Counted from the stretch's first letter, positions 1 through 10,167 are shown. The stretch: DNA of 64,000 bases from Azonexus sp. (GCA_017983755.1 JAGOAU010000008.1:19772-83771); one strand, 5' to 3'. Program-made: numbers and translations. The notes: generated from the letters alone by a model not told the origin.

Positions 1-1
1 C

Positions 2-511
2 CGCCATCGGCAGCAGATACCAGTCCGAAAAGGCGGCGGAATATTGACCGGCGCTCAGGAAGTCGCGCAGGCTGCGCTGGTTGTCCGGATGCGTCGCCAG
101 CCAGGTCATGCTCTCGCGGTTGAAGCGCAGGATGTCGGAAAGCATGGCCCAGAACTCGCGGCGGACCAGGTTGCGTTTCTGCCCGAAAACGGTCGCCAGG
201 TTGCTGCCGGCCCATTCGAGATCGGGATTCTCCAGGCTGACGGCGAAGGACATTTCGGTTTCGACACTGTCGACGCCGAGCAGCGCGAACATGGCGATCA
301 GGTTGGGATAGGTCTTTTCGTTAAAGACCAGGAAGCCGGTGTCGACCGGGTGCGTCCTGCCTTCCAGCGTCACGTCGACCGTGTTGGTATGGCCGCCGAG
401 GTAGGCGCCGGCCTCGAACAGCGTCACGTCGTGCTTCCGACTCAACAGCCAGGCGCTGGCCAGCCCGGAGATGCCGGCGCCGACGACGGCGATGCGTTGC
501 TTCCTGTCCAT
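2..511 (-). CDS. FAD-dependent oxidoreductase (amine oxidase/NAD-FAD binding family); runs off the left window edge
   Basis: Manual translation from ATG at 511: MDRKQRIAVVGAGISGLASAWLL...LFEAGAYLGGHTNT...VDTGFLVFNEKTYPN (GxGxxG dinucleotide fold). Not in the ORF track because it is truncated. Confidence 0.85.
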   Translation of the reverse strand, partial: MDRKQRIAVVGAGISGLASAWLLSRKHDVTLFEAGAYLGGHTNTVDVTLEGRTHPVDTGFLVFNEKTYPNLIAMFALLGVDSVETEMSFAVSLENPDLEWAGSNLATVFGQKRNLVRREFWAMLSDILRFNRESMTWLATHPDNQRSLRDFLSAGQYSAAFSDWYLLPMA

Positions 512-520
512 GATTTTTCC

Positions 521-1321
521 TTACTCGTTGCAGCCATACAACTCGGCATAGGCCGAGTGGTTGTGGATCGACTCGAAGTTCTCCGAAGCCACCTTCCATT
601 CGGCGATGCGTGGCTCGTTCATCAGGCGCAGGGCGATGTCGCGCACCAGGTCCTCGACGAACTTCGGGTTGTCGTAGGCGCGCTCGGTGACCCACTTTTC
701 GTCCGGCCGCTTGAGCAAGCCGAAGACCTCGCAGGACGCCTCCTCCTCGGCCAGGCGAACCAGTTCCTCGATGCTCATCGCCGAACGCAGCTTCGCTTCC
801 AGCGTGATGTGCGAGCGCTGGTTGTGCGCGCCGTATTCGGAAATCTTCTTCGAACACGGGCACAGGCTGGTGACCGGCGCGACAACGCGCAGCGTCAGGC
901 TGGCGACCTCGCCTTCCGGCTGATCGACGATCAGCGTCGCGTCGTAGTCGAGCAGGCTGTCCACGCCCGACACCGGCGCCGTCTTGCGGATGAAATAAGG
1001 AAAGGCCAGCTCAATGCGCCCGCTGCGCGCATCGAGGCGCAGCAGCATTTCCTCGAGCATGCGGAAGACGCCGTCCTGGGTCAGCGCCCCGCGGCGGGCC
1101 TCGAGCAACTCGACGAAACGCGACATGTGGGTACCCTTGACCTCGGGCGGCAGGCCGACGGTCATCGCCAGCGTGGCGACAGTGGCGACCGGCTCGCCGG
1201 CCGCGCCTTCAATCTGCAGCGGGTAGCGCAGGCCTTTGACCCCGACCTTCTGGATGGCCAGGCTGCGGGTATCTGCGGTCGACTGTACATCCGGCAGGAA
1301 AATGTGTTCGGGTGCGTTCAT
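521..1321 (-). CDS. folE2: GTP cyclohydrolase I type IB
   Basis: Motifs [41 protein letters not shown]. Confidence 0.95.
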   Translation of the reverse strand: MNAPEHIFLPDVQSTADTRSLAIQKVGVKGLRYPLQIEGAAGEPVATVATLAMTVGLPPEVKGTHMSRFVELLEARRGALTQDGVFRMLEEMLLRLDARSGRIELAFPYFIRKTAPVSGVDSLLDYDATLIVDQPEGEVASLTLRVVAPVTSLCPCSKKISEYGAHNQRSHITLEAKLRSAMSIEELVRLAEEEASCEVFGLLKRPDEKWVTERAYDNPKFVEDLVRDIALRLMNEPRIAEWKVASENFESIHNHSAYAELYGCNE

Positions 1322-1349
1322 GTCTTGCTCCTGTCTCGGTCAGCGATGT

Positions 1350-1907
1350 TCATTTCAGGAATTCGTCGATCTTCTTCAGCAGGTCCTTGTCGTCCGGCTT
1401 GGTAAAACTGGAATAGGCGACAACCTGCGTCGCATCGCGGTTGATCAGGTACTTGTGGAAATTCCACTTCGGCTTGCTGTCGGTTATCTGTGCCAGCTTC
1501 ACGTAGAAAGGGTTGGCGTCCTTGCCCTTGACCACTGTCTTGCCGACCATCGGAAACTCGACGCCGTAGGTAAGCCGGCAGAATTCGGCAATCTCCTTCT
1601 CGCTGCCCGGCTCCTGTTCGCCGAAATCGTTGGACGGAAAGCCGAGCACGACCAGCCCCTTGTCCTTGAGCCGCGCGTAGAGCTTTTCCAGGCCGTCATA
1701 CTGTGATGTAAAGCCGCAGTAGCTGGCGGTATTGACGACCAGGATTACCTTGCCCGAGTACTGGCACAGGGGCATCGGCTTGCCGTCCTGCAGGCTGGGG
1801 AAAGTGTGGTCGAGCAGCGCCGGGCAGGCGCCGGCCGCGGACAGCGGCAGCAGGCCGGCAGCGAGCAGCCCGGCAATGCCGAACCAGCGCTTGATGATCG
1901 AGGTCAT
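1350..1907 (-). CDS. Glutathione peroxidase-family protein with N-terminal signal peptide
   Basis: VNTASYCGFT, LGFPSNDFGEQE, WNFHKYL. Start placed at MTSIIKR, downstream of an AAGGAG RBS. Confidence 0.9.
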   Translation of the reverse strand: MTSIIKRWFGIAGLLAAGLLPLSAAGACPALLDHTFPSLQDGKPMPLCQYSGKVILVVNTASYCGFTSQYDGLEKLYARLKDKGLVVLGFPSNDFGEQEPGSEKEIAEFCRLTYGVEFPMVGKTVVKGKDANPFYVKLAQITDSKPKWNFHKYLINRDATQVVAYSSFTKPDDKDLLKKIDEFLK

Positions 1908-1921
1908 GTTCAACTCCTTCA

Positions 1922-2016
1922 ATATTTGTCCTGGACAAACAGGACGTTTGTTCGTAAGATAGGCATCATTAAGCAGATTGTCAACGGTTTGTCTAACATT
2001 TGTTCAGGACAAATAT
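1922..2016. promoter_or_regulatory. Divergent control region: leftward sigma70 promoter overlapped by a CarH/LitR-type operator
   Basis: Minus strand TTGACA (1979-1984), 17 bp spacer, TATCTT (1956-1961). Three TnnACA repeats at 11-bp period (1979, 1990, 2001). 18-bp inverted repeat at 1922-1939 / 1999-2016 with 1 mismatch. Confidence 0.75.
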
Positions 2017-2920
2017 GAATCCTCCAGGTTTCAACATTGCCGCCGTCGAGCGCGACACAGGGTTGTCAAAGGATGTTCTCCGCGTCTGGGAACGCCGCTA
2101 TGGCTTTCCCGTGCCGGATCGTGACATCAACGGCGAGCGCCTCTACCCTGCCGACCAGGTGGAGCGGTTGCGCCTGATCAAGCGCCTGATGGATCAAGGC
2201 CACCGCCCGGGGAAGCTGATCGCGGCGCCCGCCGAAGAGCTGACCGCGCTGGCGCCGCGTCGTTCCCGCCACGCCGAAAACGCAGCGCCGGCCGACGCTA
2301 CCGGCCTCGCCGACCTGTTGTCGCTGATCAAGCAGCACGATGCCGCCGGCTATCTGCAAGCGATGCAGCAACGCCTCGCCCGCCAGGGCCTGCAGCATTT
2401 TGTCCAGGACACCGTGGCGCCACTCACCCGGCAGGTCGGCGAAGCCTGGGAGGACGGCAGCGTCGAGGTCTTCGAGGAGCATTTGTTCACCGAACAGACC
2501 AAGCGCCTGCTGCGCCAGGCCATCGCCGCCCTGCCGTCCGGTCCGCGCGGTCCGCGCGTGCTGCTGACCAGCGTGCCGGACGAGCCGCATATTCTCGGCC
2601 TGCTGATGGCCGAAGCCCTGCTCGCACTGGAAGGTGCCGAGTGCATTCCGCTCGGCACCCAGATGCCGCTGCTCGAGATCGGCCGTGCCGCCGAGGCGCA
2701 TCGCGCCGACATCGTCGGCCTGTCTTTCTCGGTTGCCTTCCCGCAGCGCCAGATTCCCGGCCTGTTGCAGCAACTGCGCCAGATTCTGCCGGCCGCTGTC
2801 GAACTGTGGGCCGGCGGCGGCGGCATCCTGCGGACACCGCAGATGGAGGGCGTACTGACGCTCGACTCCTTCGACACCGCCATCACGGCACTGGCCGACT
2901 GGCGCGCCCATCACCCTTGA
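2015..2920 (+). CDS. MerR-family HTH regulator with cobalamin-binding domain (CarH/LitR-like photoreceptor)
   Basis: IAAVERDTGLSKDVLRVWERRYG MerR HTH; W-x9-EH (WEDGSVEVFEEH); ExHxxG (EPHILG); SxS and GGGG of the B12-binding Rossmann domain. Confidence 0.9.
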   Translation: MNPPGFNIAAVERDTGLSKDVLRVWERRYGFPVPDRDINGERLYPADQVERLRLIKRLMDQGHRPGKLIAAPAEELTALAPRRSRHAENAAPADATGLADLLSLIKQHDAAGYLQAMQQRLARQGLQHFVQDTVAPLTRQVGEAWEDGSVEVFEEHLFTEQTKRLLRQAIAALPSGPRGPRVLLTSVPDEPHILGLLMAEALLALEGAECIPLGTQMPLLEIGRAAEAHRADIVGLSFSVAFPQRQIPGLLQQLRQILPAAVELWAGGGGILRTPQMEGVLTLDSFDTAITALADWRAHHP

Positions 2921-3046
2921 ACACCGGGCTTCGGGCCGCCCGCACCCGCTGCTGAGCGACTTCGACCCAGCCAGCATGCGGAAAGACTACGAGAAAATAT
3001 CAAGGCGCTCTAAAATAGTGCGTTGAATTCTTGTCGCAAATCCGCC

Positions 3047-3535
3047 ATGACCTACGCCGCCCCCGCCTTCGAAGCGAAAATCTGCCCCCCCGAGCGGTTG
3101 ACCGCAACAGCCGCCCGCCTGGCGCGGCCGCTGGTGTTCACCAACGGCTGCTTCGACATCCTGCACCGCGGCCATGTCACCTATCTGGCGCAAGCTGCGG
3201 CGCTCGGCGTCAGCATGGTGGTGGCACTCAACAGCGACGCCTCGGTCAAGCGTCAGGGCAAGGGCGACGACCGCCCGGTCAATTCGCTTGAGGATCGCCT
3301 GGCGGTGATGGCGGCGCTCGGCTGCGTCTCGCTGGTCACCTGGTTCGACGAGGATACGCCGCTGCAACGCATCCTGGAGTGCCGACCGGATATCCTGGTC
3401 AAGGGCGGCGACTGGCCGGTGGACAGGATCGTCGGCGGCAGCGAAGTGAGCGGCTGGGGCGGGACGGTGCATTCAATTCCCTTCATTCATCAGAAATCGA
3501 CGACCGCACTGCTGGAAAAGATTCGCCGGCTGTAG
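3047..3535 (+). CDS. rfaE2: D-glycero-beta-D-manno-heptose 1-phosphate adenylyltransferase (RfaE domain II)
   Basis: VFTNGCFDILHRGH, NSDASV, KGGDW, STTALLEKI. Confidence 0.9.
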   Translation: MTYAAPAFEAKICPPERLTATAARLARPLVFTNGCFDILHRGHVTYLAQAAALGVSMVVALNSDASVKRQGKGDDRPVNSLEDRLAVMAALGCVSLVTWFDEDTPLQRILECRPDILVKGGDWPVDRIVGGSEVSGWGGTVHSIPFIHQKSTTALLEKIRRL

Positions 3536-3555
3536 GCGCCCGAAAACCCTTCGCG

Positions 3556-4668
3556 ATGACCCCCGATAACGTCCACACCGCCGAACAGCTGCTGCAATCC
3601 CACCAGCGCGCCAAGGTGTTCGTCCTCATCGGCATGCCGCTGCTCTCGGCTTTCGGCCTGCTGGCGCTGAGCAATCGTGAATGGCCGCTGCTGGCGCTGA
3701 TTGCCACCAGCCTCCTGATGATCGGTGGCAGCTATCTGGCCCTGCGGCGCGGCCATACCCGGCCCGCGACCGTGTGGCCGGCGCTCGCCTCGTTCACTGC
3801 GCTGCTGATCTACCTGGTCGCCTTTTCCGGCCACGAACACGGGCGGGCGCTGTGGTTCTTCGCGCTGCCGGTACTGGCGGTCATGATGCTGCCGCCGCGC
3901 CAGGGCGCCATCTGGGCCGGCATCAGCATCGCCGCCGCGGCCGCCATCATGCTGCTCGGCGGGCCTGATTTCGGCACCAGCGCCTATTCGGCCAGCTTCG
4001 CGATCCGCTTCGTCATCACCGCCATCCTGATTTCGGTCGGCATGTTCTGGTCGGAAATTGCGCTGCGCCGCTATCAGGAAGAAACCGCGGCACAGAAGGC
4101 GGCGACCCAGGCCGAAAGCGCCCGCCTGAAAGCCGAGATCGCGCGGCGCATCGCGCTGGAACAGGATCTGCGCATCCTCGCCAGCACCGACGCCCTGACC
4201 GGCCTGGTCAACCGGCGCGCCTTCATGGAGCGCTTCGCGCACGAGCTGGCACGCAGCCAGCGGCACGGGCCGGCGCCGACGCTGCTCATCCTCGACATCG
4301 ACCATTTCAAGAAGATCAACGACCTGCACGGCCACCCGTCGGGCGACGCCGTGCTCGCCCACCTGGCGCAACTGCTCAAGGCCAGTCTGCGCAACCTGGA
4401 CATCGTCGGGCGCATCGGCGGCGAGGAATTCGCCGTCGTGCTGGTCGAGACCAACGCGGCGATGGCGGCGCCGGTGATCGACCGCCTGCTCGAACGGATC
4501 AGGGAAACCACGGTCACCCTGAGCGACGGCCAACCGCTGCAATTCACCGCCAGCATCGGCAGCACCGAGATTCTCTGGGGCGACACCATCGACACGGCCA
4601 TCCAGCGCGCCGACGAGGCGTTGTACACGGCCAAGAACACCGGCCGCAACCGCCACTGCCAGCGCTAG
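3556..4668 (+). CDS. Membrane-anchored diguanylate cyclase
   Basis: About 6 hydrophobic helices, a coiled coil, then TDALTGLVNRR, DIDHFKKIND, RIGGEEF. Confidence 0.92.
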   Translation: MTPDNVHTAEQLLQSHQRAKVFVLIGMPLLSAFGLLALSNREWPLLALIATSLLMIGGSYLALRRGHTRPATVWPALASFTALLIYLVAFSGHEHGRALWFFALPVLAVMMLPPRQGAIWAGISIAAAAAIMLLGGPDFGTSAYSASFAIRFVITAILISVGMFWSEIALRRYQEETAAQKAATQAESARLKAEIARRIALEQDLRILASTDALTGLVNRRAFMERFAHELARSQRHGPAPTLLILDIDHFKKINDLHGHPSGDAVLAHLAQLLKASLRNLDIVGRIGGEEFAVVLVETNAAMAAPVIDRLLERIRETTVTLSDGQPLQFTASIGSTEILWGDTIDTAIQRADEALYTAKNTGRNRHCQR

Positions 4669-4674
4669 GCCAAC

Positions 4675-6570
4675 TTAAAGCACGACCTGGGTGCCGAGTT
4701 CGACGACGCGGTTGCTGGGAATCTTGAAGAAGGCTGTCGCCGAGCCGGCGTTGCGGAACATCGCGACGAAGATCTTCTCCCGCCAGAAGGCCATCTCGGA
4801 GCCCAGCTTGGGAATCAGCGTTTCGCGGCCGATGAAGTAGGAAGTATCCAGCGGGTTGAATTCCAGCCCGGCTTCCGCGCACATCGACAACGCCAGGGGA
4901 ATGTCGGGTTCGTCCTTGAAACCGTACTGGATGACCACACTCCAGAAGTTCTCCCGCAACTCGTGGACCTCGACGCGATCGATATCCGGGACGAACGGCA
5001 CGTCGTAGAACTGGGCGGAGACCAGCACCACCCGTTCGTGCAACACCTTGTTGTGCATCAGGTTGTGCAGCAACGCGTGCGGCACCCCCTTGGGATCGGC
5101 ATTGAGGAATACCGAAGTGCCCGCTACCCGGGTCGGCATCGAGGCGGCCAGCGACTCCAGGAACAGCGACAGTTCGAGGCGCTCGCCCTGGAGGCGATCG
5201 GACAGCAACTGGCGGCCGCGCTTCCAGGTCGTCATCAGGACGAAGACGAAGACACCGGCAACCAGCGGGAACCAGCCGCCGTCGGGAATCTTCAGGATGT
5301 TGGCCGCGAGGAATACCAGTTCGACCGTCAGGAAGCAGGCGAACAGCGCCGCCGCGCGTCCCCAGCCCCAGCCCCAGGTGCGGGCAGCAACCACGGTAGC
5401 CAGCAGCGAGGTGATGACCATGTCGCCGGTCACTGCGATACCGTAGGCCGCGGCCAGATTGTTCGACGAACGGAAGCCGAGGACGAGGATCATCACCGCC
5501 GCCATCAGGCCCCAGTTCACCGCCGGCAGATAGATTTGCCCCTGCTCCTTCTCCGAGGTGTGCTGCACCTCCATGCGCGGCATGAAGCCGAGCTGCATGG
5601 CCTGGCGCGTCACCGAGAAGGCACCGGAAATGACCGCCTGCGAGGCAATGACCGTGGCCAGCGTGGACAAGGCGACCAGCGGATAGAGTGCCCACTCCGG
5701 CGCCGACAGGAAGAACGGATTTTTCGCCGCTTCCGGCTCGGCCAGGATCAATGCCCCCTGGCCGAAATAGTTGAGCACCAGCGCCGGCAACACAAAGGCG
5801 AACCAGGCGCGCTGGATCGGCTTACGTCCGAAGTGGCCCATGTCGGCGTAGAGCGCCTCGGCCCCGGTCACCGCCAGCACGACGTTGCCCATGGCGACCA
5901 GCGCCATCGCCTTGTTTTCCAGCAGAAATTCGATTCCGTAGAGCGGATTCAGCGCGGTCAGGATGGCCGGATGATCGACGACGTTATAGAGGCCGAGCGC
6001 CGCCAGCGTGCTGAACCAGAGCAGCATGACCGGCCCGAAGAACGAACCGACCAGCGCCGTCCCGTGGCGCTGGACATAGAACAGGATGAACAGCACGACC
6101 AGCGTGATCGGGATGACGAAGGATTTCAGGGCCGGGGTCGCCACCTCCAGCCCCTCGACCGCCGACAGCACCGAGATCGCTGGCGTGACCATGCCATCGC
6201 CGTAGAACATCGCCGCCCCGAGAATGCCGACGATCATCACCGCCTTCGCCTGCTTCGGCTTGTTCTGGACGTCGTGCAGGGCCAGCGCGATCAGCGCCAT
6301 GATGCCGCCCTCGCCGCGGTTGTCGGCGCGCATGATGAAGGTGACGTACTTGACCGAGACGACGACGATCAGCGCCCAGAAGAACAGCGACAGGCTGCCG
6401 AAGATATTGGCTTCATTGACCGGAATCGGATGATTGCCGGCGAAGACTTCCTTCACGGCATAGAGCGGGCTGGTGCCGATGTCGCCGTAGACAACGCCCA
6501 GGGCCGCCAGGGCCAGGACCGCCAGTCGCTTGCCAGTCACCTCGGCGACCTGCAATTCGTTGCTGCTCAT
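4675..6570 (-). CDS. kup: Potassium uptake transporter Kup
   Basis: ALGVVYGDIGTSPLY, ADNRGEGG, TGAEALYADMGHFG, GQIYLP, AAAYGIAV. Confidence 0.97.
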   Translation of the reverse strand: MSSNELQVAEVTGKRLAVLALAALGVVYGDIGTSPLYAVKEVFAGNHPIPVNEANIFGSLSLFFWALIVVVSVKYVTFIMRADNRGEGGIMALIALALHDVQNKPKQAKAVMIVGILGAAMFYGDGMVTPAISVLSAVEGLEVATPALKSFVIPITLVVLFILFYVQRHGTALVGSFFGPVMLLWFSTLAALGLYNVVDHPAILTALNPLYGIEFLLENKAMALVAMGNVVLAVTGAEALYADMGHFGRKPIQRAWFAFVLPALVLNYFGQGALILAEPEAAKNPFFLSAPEWALYPLVALSTLATVIASQAVISGAFSVTRQAMQLGFMPRMEVQHTSEKEQGQIYLPAVNWGLMAAVMILVLGFRSSNNLAAAYGIAVTGDMVITSLLATVVAARTWGWGWGRAAALFACFLTVELVFLAANILKIPDGGWFPLVAGVFVFVLMTTWKRGRQLLSDRLQGERLELSLFLESLAASMPTRVAGTSVFLNADPKGVPHALLHNLMHNKVLHERVVLVSAQFYDVPFVPDIDRVEVHELRENFWSVVIQYGFKDEPDIPLALSMCAEAGLEFNPLDTSYFIGRETLIPKLGSEMAFWREKIFVAMFRNAGSATAFFKIPSNRVVELGTQVVL

Positions 6571-7325
6571 TGAACCCCCAAATCACCGGCGACTTCATTG
6601 CCGCTCTGATAATTTACCCGGCCAGGCCGCCCGCTTGCTGACAACCGGCCGGGAACAGGCCGCTCCCACGGCACTGGCGTCGGCTAGAACGGTTGTGCAA
6701 ACTTAAAACCAGAAAGATTTGATCGAAAATTCGCGATGCCTTTAGTGGCATGCTTTTCCACAACCATCACGCCCCTAGACCCTAGTAAAGAGAATGCAAT
6801 ATAAAGATTGGGGTCTATTTTATCGTGAATCTTTCGGTTCTCAGGCGGAGGAATCTTTCGTAACTCCTCAACCTTTCCGTTGTCGTTCGTTGTCGTAAAA
6901 ACGGCAATTGCTGTTTTCACCCACGAATTACCGCAACAGATGCTCCCAATGGCAGGTAGCACCATTACCCTCCAGAGGTCAAAAGCAATTCAAGGACAGC
7001 TTTCCTACCAACGCACGGCAGGTCGTTATGAACCTGGTCACTCTGCAACAGGGCGCGCCAGGCCCTCTCCCATCATCTGCGCATTCGGCACGAATTTCCG
7101 AGGAACCGCACCGCTACGATGAACACCTACGCGATGCACGGAGGATGGCGGCGGCACCCGACCCTTCATGATGCCGGATCAATGAGTGCTTACGGAATTG
7201 CGGCGAAAGGATTGGGGAGGTGGTGGCGAACGTGGCACACTGACGCTGTGACCCGCCCGGGCAAGCAGGGTCTCAGCGGAAATTGCCGAGCAGGGCGACC
7301 GCCAGACCATCGATCGTAGGCACGC

Positions 7326-9989
7326 ATGACAGTCCGCAACCTTGAATTCCTCTTTCGCCCCGCCTCGGTGGCGGTGGTCGCCGAACCCGACGAGCCGAGC
7401 CGCTACGCGGAGGTAGTACTCGCAAACCTCGCAGCAGGTGGATTCAACGGCCCGGTCGTGTCGGTCAGCGCAAGGAAGCGTTTGCTGTTCCCCATGGGCA
7501 ACGATGTACGTGTTGGCGAATTCGATGTGGTGCCCGATCTGGCGATCATCTGTGCCTCACTCGACCGGGTGCCGTCGATCATTGCTCAACTCGGCGCCCG
7601 TGGCACCCGCGCAGTGATTGTCGGGCCGTGGATGTGGCGGAAGATGAGCGGCGGTGCGATCGCCAAGGCGCGCCAGGCCCTACTCGAAGCGGCCCGGCCG
7701 CACCTGATGCGCATCCTCGGGCCAGGAAGCGGTGGTCTCGTCGTCCCCGCCATAGGGCTTAACGCCAGCGCAGCCCCCGTCCCGATCGCGCCGGGCAAGA
7801 TCGCCTTGGTAGCGCAGTCGACGGCCGTGACGGCGGCCGTGCTCGATCGCGCCGCCAGCAAGGGAATCGGCTTCTCTACGGTGCTGCACCTGGGCGCTGG
7901 CCTCGATGTCGATCTGCCCGACGTAATCGACTGGCTGGCTGCGGACCCCGACACTCAATCGATCCTGGCGCAGTTCGACGAAGTTTCGGGCGGGCGCAAG
8001 TTCATGTCGGCAGCGCGTGCCGCTGCGTGCAACAAGCCAGTAGTCACTTTCCGTGGCGGCGCGGCGCAGGGCAGGCCTCACGGGGCCGGTCCATTCACTG
8101 CTGCCGACGTTTACGAAGCGGCCCTCAGTCGCGCCGGTTGGGTGTGCATCAATACGCTCGGGGATGTGTTCGAAGCCATCGAGGGGATGGCGCGGGTACG
8201 TCCGTTGCGCGGCGAGAGTCTGACCATCCTGTCCAACGGTCATGGGCTGGGACGGATTGCCGTCGACGCCCTGCTGCGTTCCGGCGGTCAGTTGGGTAGG
8301 CTATCTGCGGCGACCGTCAAGCACCTCGAAGGACTGCTGCAGACCCGCTCCGCGCTCACCAATCCACTGGTGCTGCCGGCGGACGTCACGGCGACGAACT
8401 GGGGAGCGGCGGTTACGGCTGTGCTCGCCGACAATGACACGGAAAACGTCCTGACCGTCTGTTCGCCGTCGCCTTTTGCGCAAAGCGCCGAGGTTGCCGC
8501 GGCAATCTGCCATACATCCCGGGATACCGAGCGCAACGTCTTCACCTGCTGGGTCGGCGGCACGGAGATGCTGGAGGCGCAAAGGATTGCCGCAGCGCAG
8601 GGCGTGTTGAGCCATGAGTCGCCGGAAAAGGCGATTGCGGTCTTTCTCGGCGCCGTCAGTTACCGGCGCAATCGCGAATTGCTGATGCAGATGCCGCCGT
8701 CGCTCGCGGAGGGCTTCTCGCCGGAAACAGAGGCGGCCCGCAGCGCGCTCGGCGAAGCGATTGCTGCCGGGGCAGAGACACTGTCGGCACCCCAGGCAAG
8801 GCGCGTGTTGCATGCCTATGGCCTGGCCGTTGGCGAGTATCCGCTGGCGGGCAGCATCGACAAGGCGATCGCTGTCGCCGATGAAATCGGCTATCCAGTC
8901 GATCTCTTTCTCGTACTTGCCAATGGAGCGGAGCTTTCAGAGCGCGTGCCAGGACTTCGTTCACCTGCCGAGATCGGCATCGCGGCGCGCGGTCTGCGCA
9001 GCCGTGCGCGGACACGTCTCCCCGGCGACCGCGTCAGCGGTTACCGGCTGCGCCCGAGCCACGCCCGCAGCAGCGCCCCCGCATTGCGTCTGGGCGTTGC
9101 CGACGACCCGGTGTTCGGGCCGGTGATCTTTCTTGGTCCGGCATCGCTCACCTGCTTCCACGCAGGCCAACAGGTCGTCGCACTGCCGCCACTCAATCCG
9201 GTGCTGGCCGGCGATCTGGTGGCGCGCAGCGGCTTTGCCGAGGGTCTCCCAGAAGACGAGCGGCTGGCGGTGCAGGCAGCCGCGAGCAATGCGCTGGTTC
9301 GTCTATCGCAACTACTCACGGACATCGACGAGGTGGCTGGCGTGGAACTCGATCCGGTGCACGTCGAGGCGTCAGGGGTCGTCGTACTTGGGGCGAGCAT
9401 CAGCATCGAGCAGCGTGAACGCAGGCATGGCTTCCGTCGCTTCGCGATCCGTCCGTACCCGAAGGAACTGGAGCGGCAGGTCGACTGGGAGAGTCGCAGG
9501 CTGCTGATTCGACCGATTCGACCGGAGGACGAACCATTGCTGGGCGAACTGCTCAATTCCCTTACTCCCGAAGATTCACGCATGCGCTTCTTCAACTCGA
9601 CCAGGAGCCTGCCGCGGATCCGCCTCGCCCGCTTTTCCCAGATCGACTACGATCGCGAAATGGCGCTGGTGGCCATCGAGCGCGTAAGCGATGGTGCCGA
9701 GCATGCGTTGGGCGAGGTGCGGGCGGTTGCCGATCCGGACAGCAGGTTCGCTGACTTTGCGATCGTCGTTGCCTCGGAAATCAAGGGTGGGAGGCTCGGG
9801 CAACTGCTGCTACAGTGCTTGGTCGACTACTGCCGCAGCCGCGGAATCGGTGAATTGCGCGGAGAAACACTCGACGGCAACTTGCGCATGCAGAACCTCG
9901 CACGGCGCCTCGGCTTCACGGTGACGACCGGATCCGACCGCGGCACAATCGATCTTCGCCTTGCGTTGAACCAGCGCGAAAAGGTGTGA
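7326..9989 (+). CDS. Pat/YfiQ-like protein acetyltransferase (acyl-CoA synthetase-like N-terminus plus C-terminal GNAT), divergent
   Basis: MTVRNLEFLFRPASVAVV, DDPVFGPVI, AIRPYP, IRPIRPED, SRMRFF, QIDYDREMALVA. Confidence 0.85.
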   Translation: MTVRNLEFLFRPASVAVVAEPDEPSRYAEVVLANLAAGGFNGPVVSVSARKRLLFPMGNDVRVGEFDVVPDLAIICASLDRVPSIIAQLGARGTRAVIVGPWMWRKMSGGAIAKARQALLEAARPHLMRILGPGSGGLVVPAIGLNASAAPVPIAPGKIALVAQSTAVTAAVLDRAASKGIGFSTVLHLGAGLDVDLPDVIDWLAADPDTQSILAQFDEVSGGRKFMSAARAAACNKPVVTFRGGAAQGRPHGAGPFTAADVYEAALSRAGWVCINTLGDVFEAIEGMARVRPLRGESLTILSNGHGLGRIAVDALLRSGGQLGRLSAATVKHLEGLLQTRSALTNPLVLPADVTATNWGAAVTAVLADNDTENVLTVCSPSPFAQSAEVAAAICHTSRDTERNVFTCWVGGTEMLEAQRIAAAQGVLSHESPEKAIAVFLGAVSYRRNRELLMQMPPSLAEGFSPETEAARSALGEAIAAGAETLSAPQARRVLHAYGLAVGEYPLAGSIDKAIAVADEIGYPVDLFLVLANGAELSERVPGLRSPAEIGIAARGLRSRARTRLPGDRVSGYRLRPSHARSSAPALRLGVADDPVFGPVIFLGPASLTCFHAGQQVVALPPLNPVLAGDLVARSGFAEGLPEDERLAVQAAASNALVRLSQLLTDIDEVAGVELDPVHVEASGVVVLGASISIEQRERRHGFRRFAIRPYPKELERQVDWESRRLLIRPIRPEDEPLLGELLNSLTPEDSRMRFFNSTRSLPRIRLARFSQIDYDREMALVAIERVSDGAEHALGEVRAVADPDSRFADFAIVVASEIKGGRLGQLLLQCLVDYCRSRGIGELRGETLDGNLRMQNLARRLGFTVTTGSDRGTIDLRLALNQREKV

Positions 9990-10105
9990 CGGGTTTCGCG
10001 AAAAGTCTGGCGGGCAGGTTCGATTCTGGCGAAGGCCTTGTCGAGTGCACATCCGGACAGCCATGTACAAATCGAGATCTAACGCGGCTAAAAAACGCAG
10101 CGAAC

Positions 10106-10145
10106 AAAAAACCCGGACAGGCTATAAACCTGTCCGGGTTTGTTC
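10106..10145. terminator. Bidirectional intrinsic terminator between convergent pat and ssb
   Basis: 12-bp stem AACCCGGACAGG/CCTGTCCGGGTT, 7-nt loop, flanked by A and T tracts. Confidence 0.85.
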
Positions 10146-10167
10146 ACGTTGCATTTTTAAGTATATC

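Noticed and set aside
6684-7319. Small ORFs of 66-93 aa between kup and pat
   Set aside because: No motifs, mutually overlapping, atypical codon use; cannot be supported as genes
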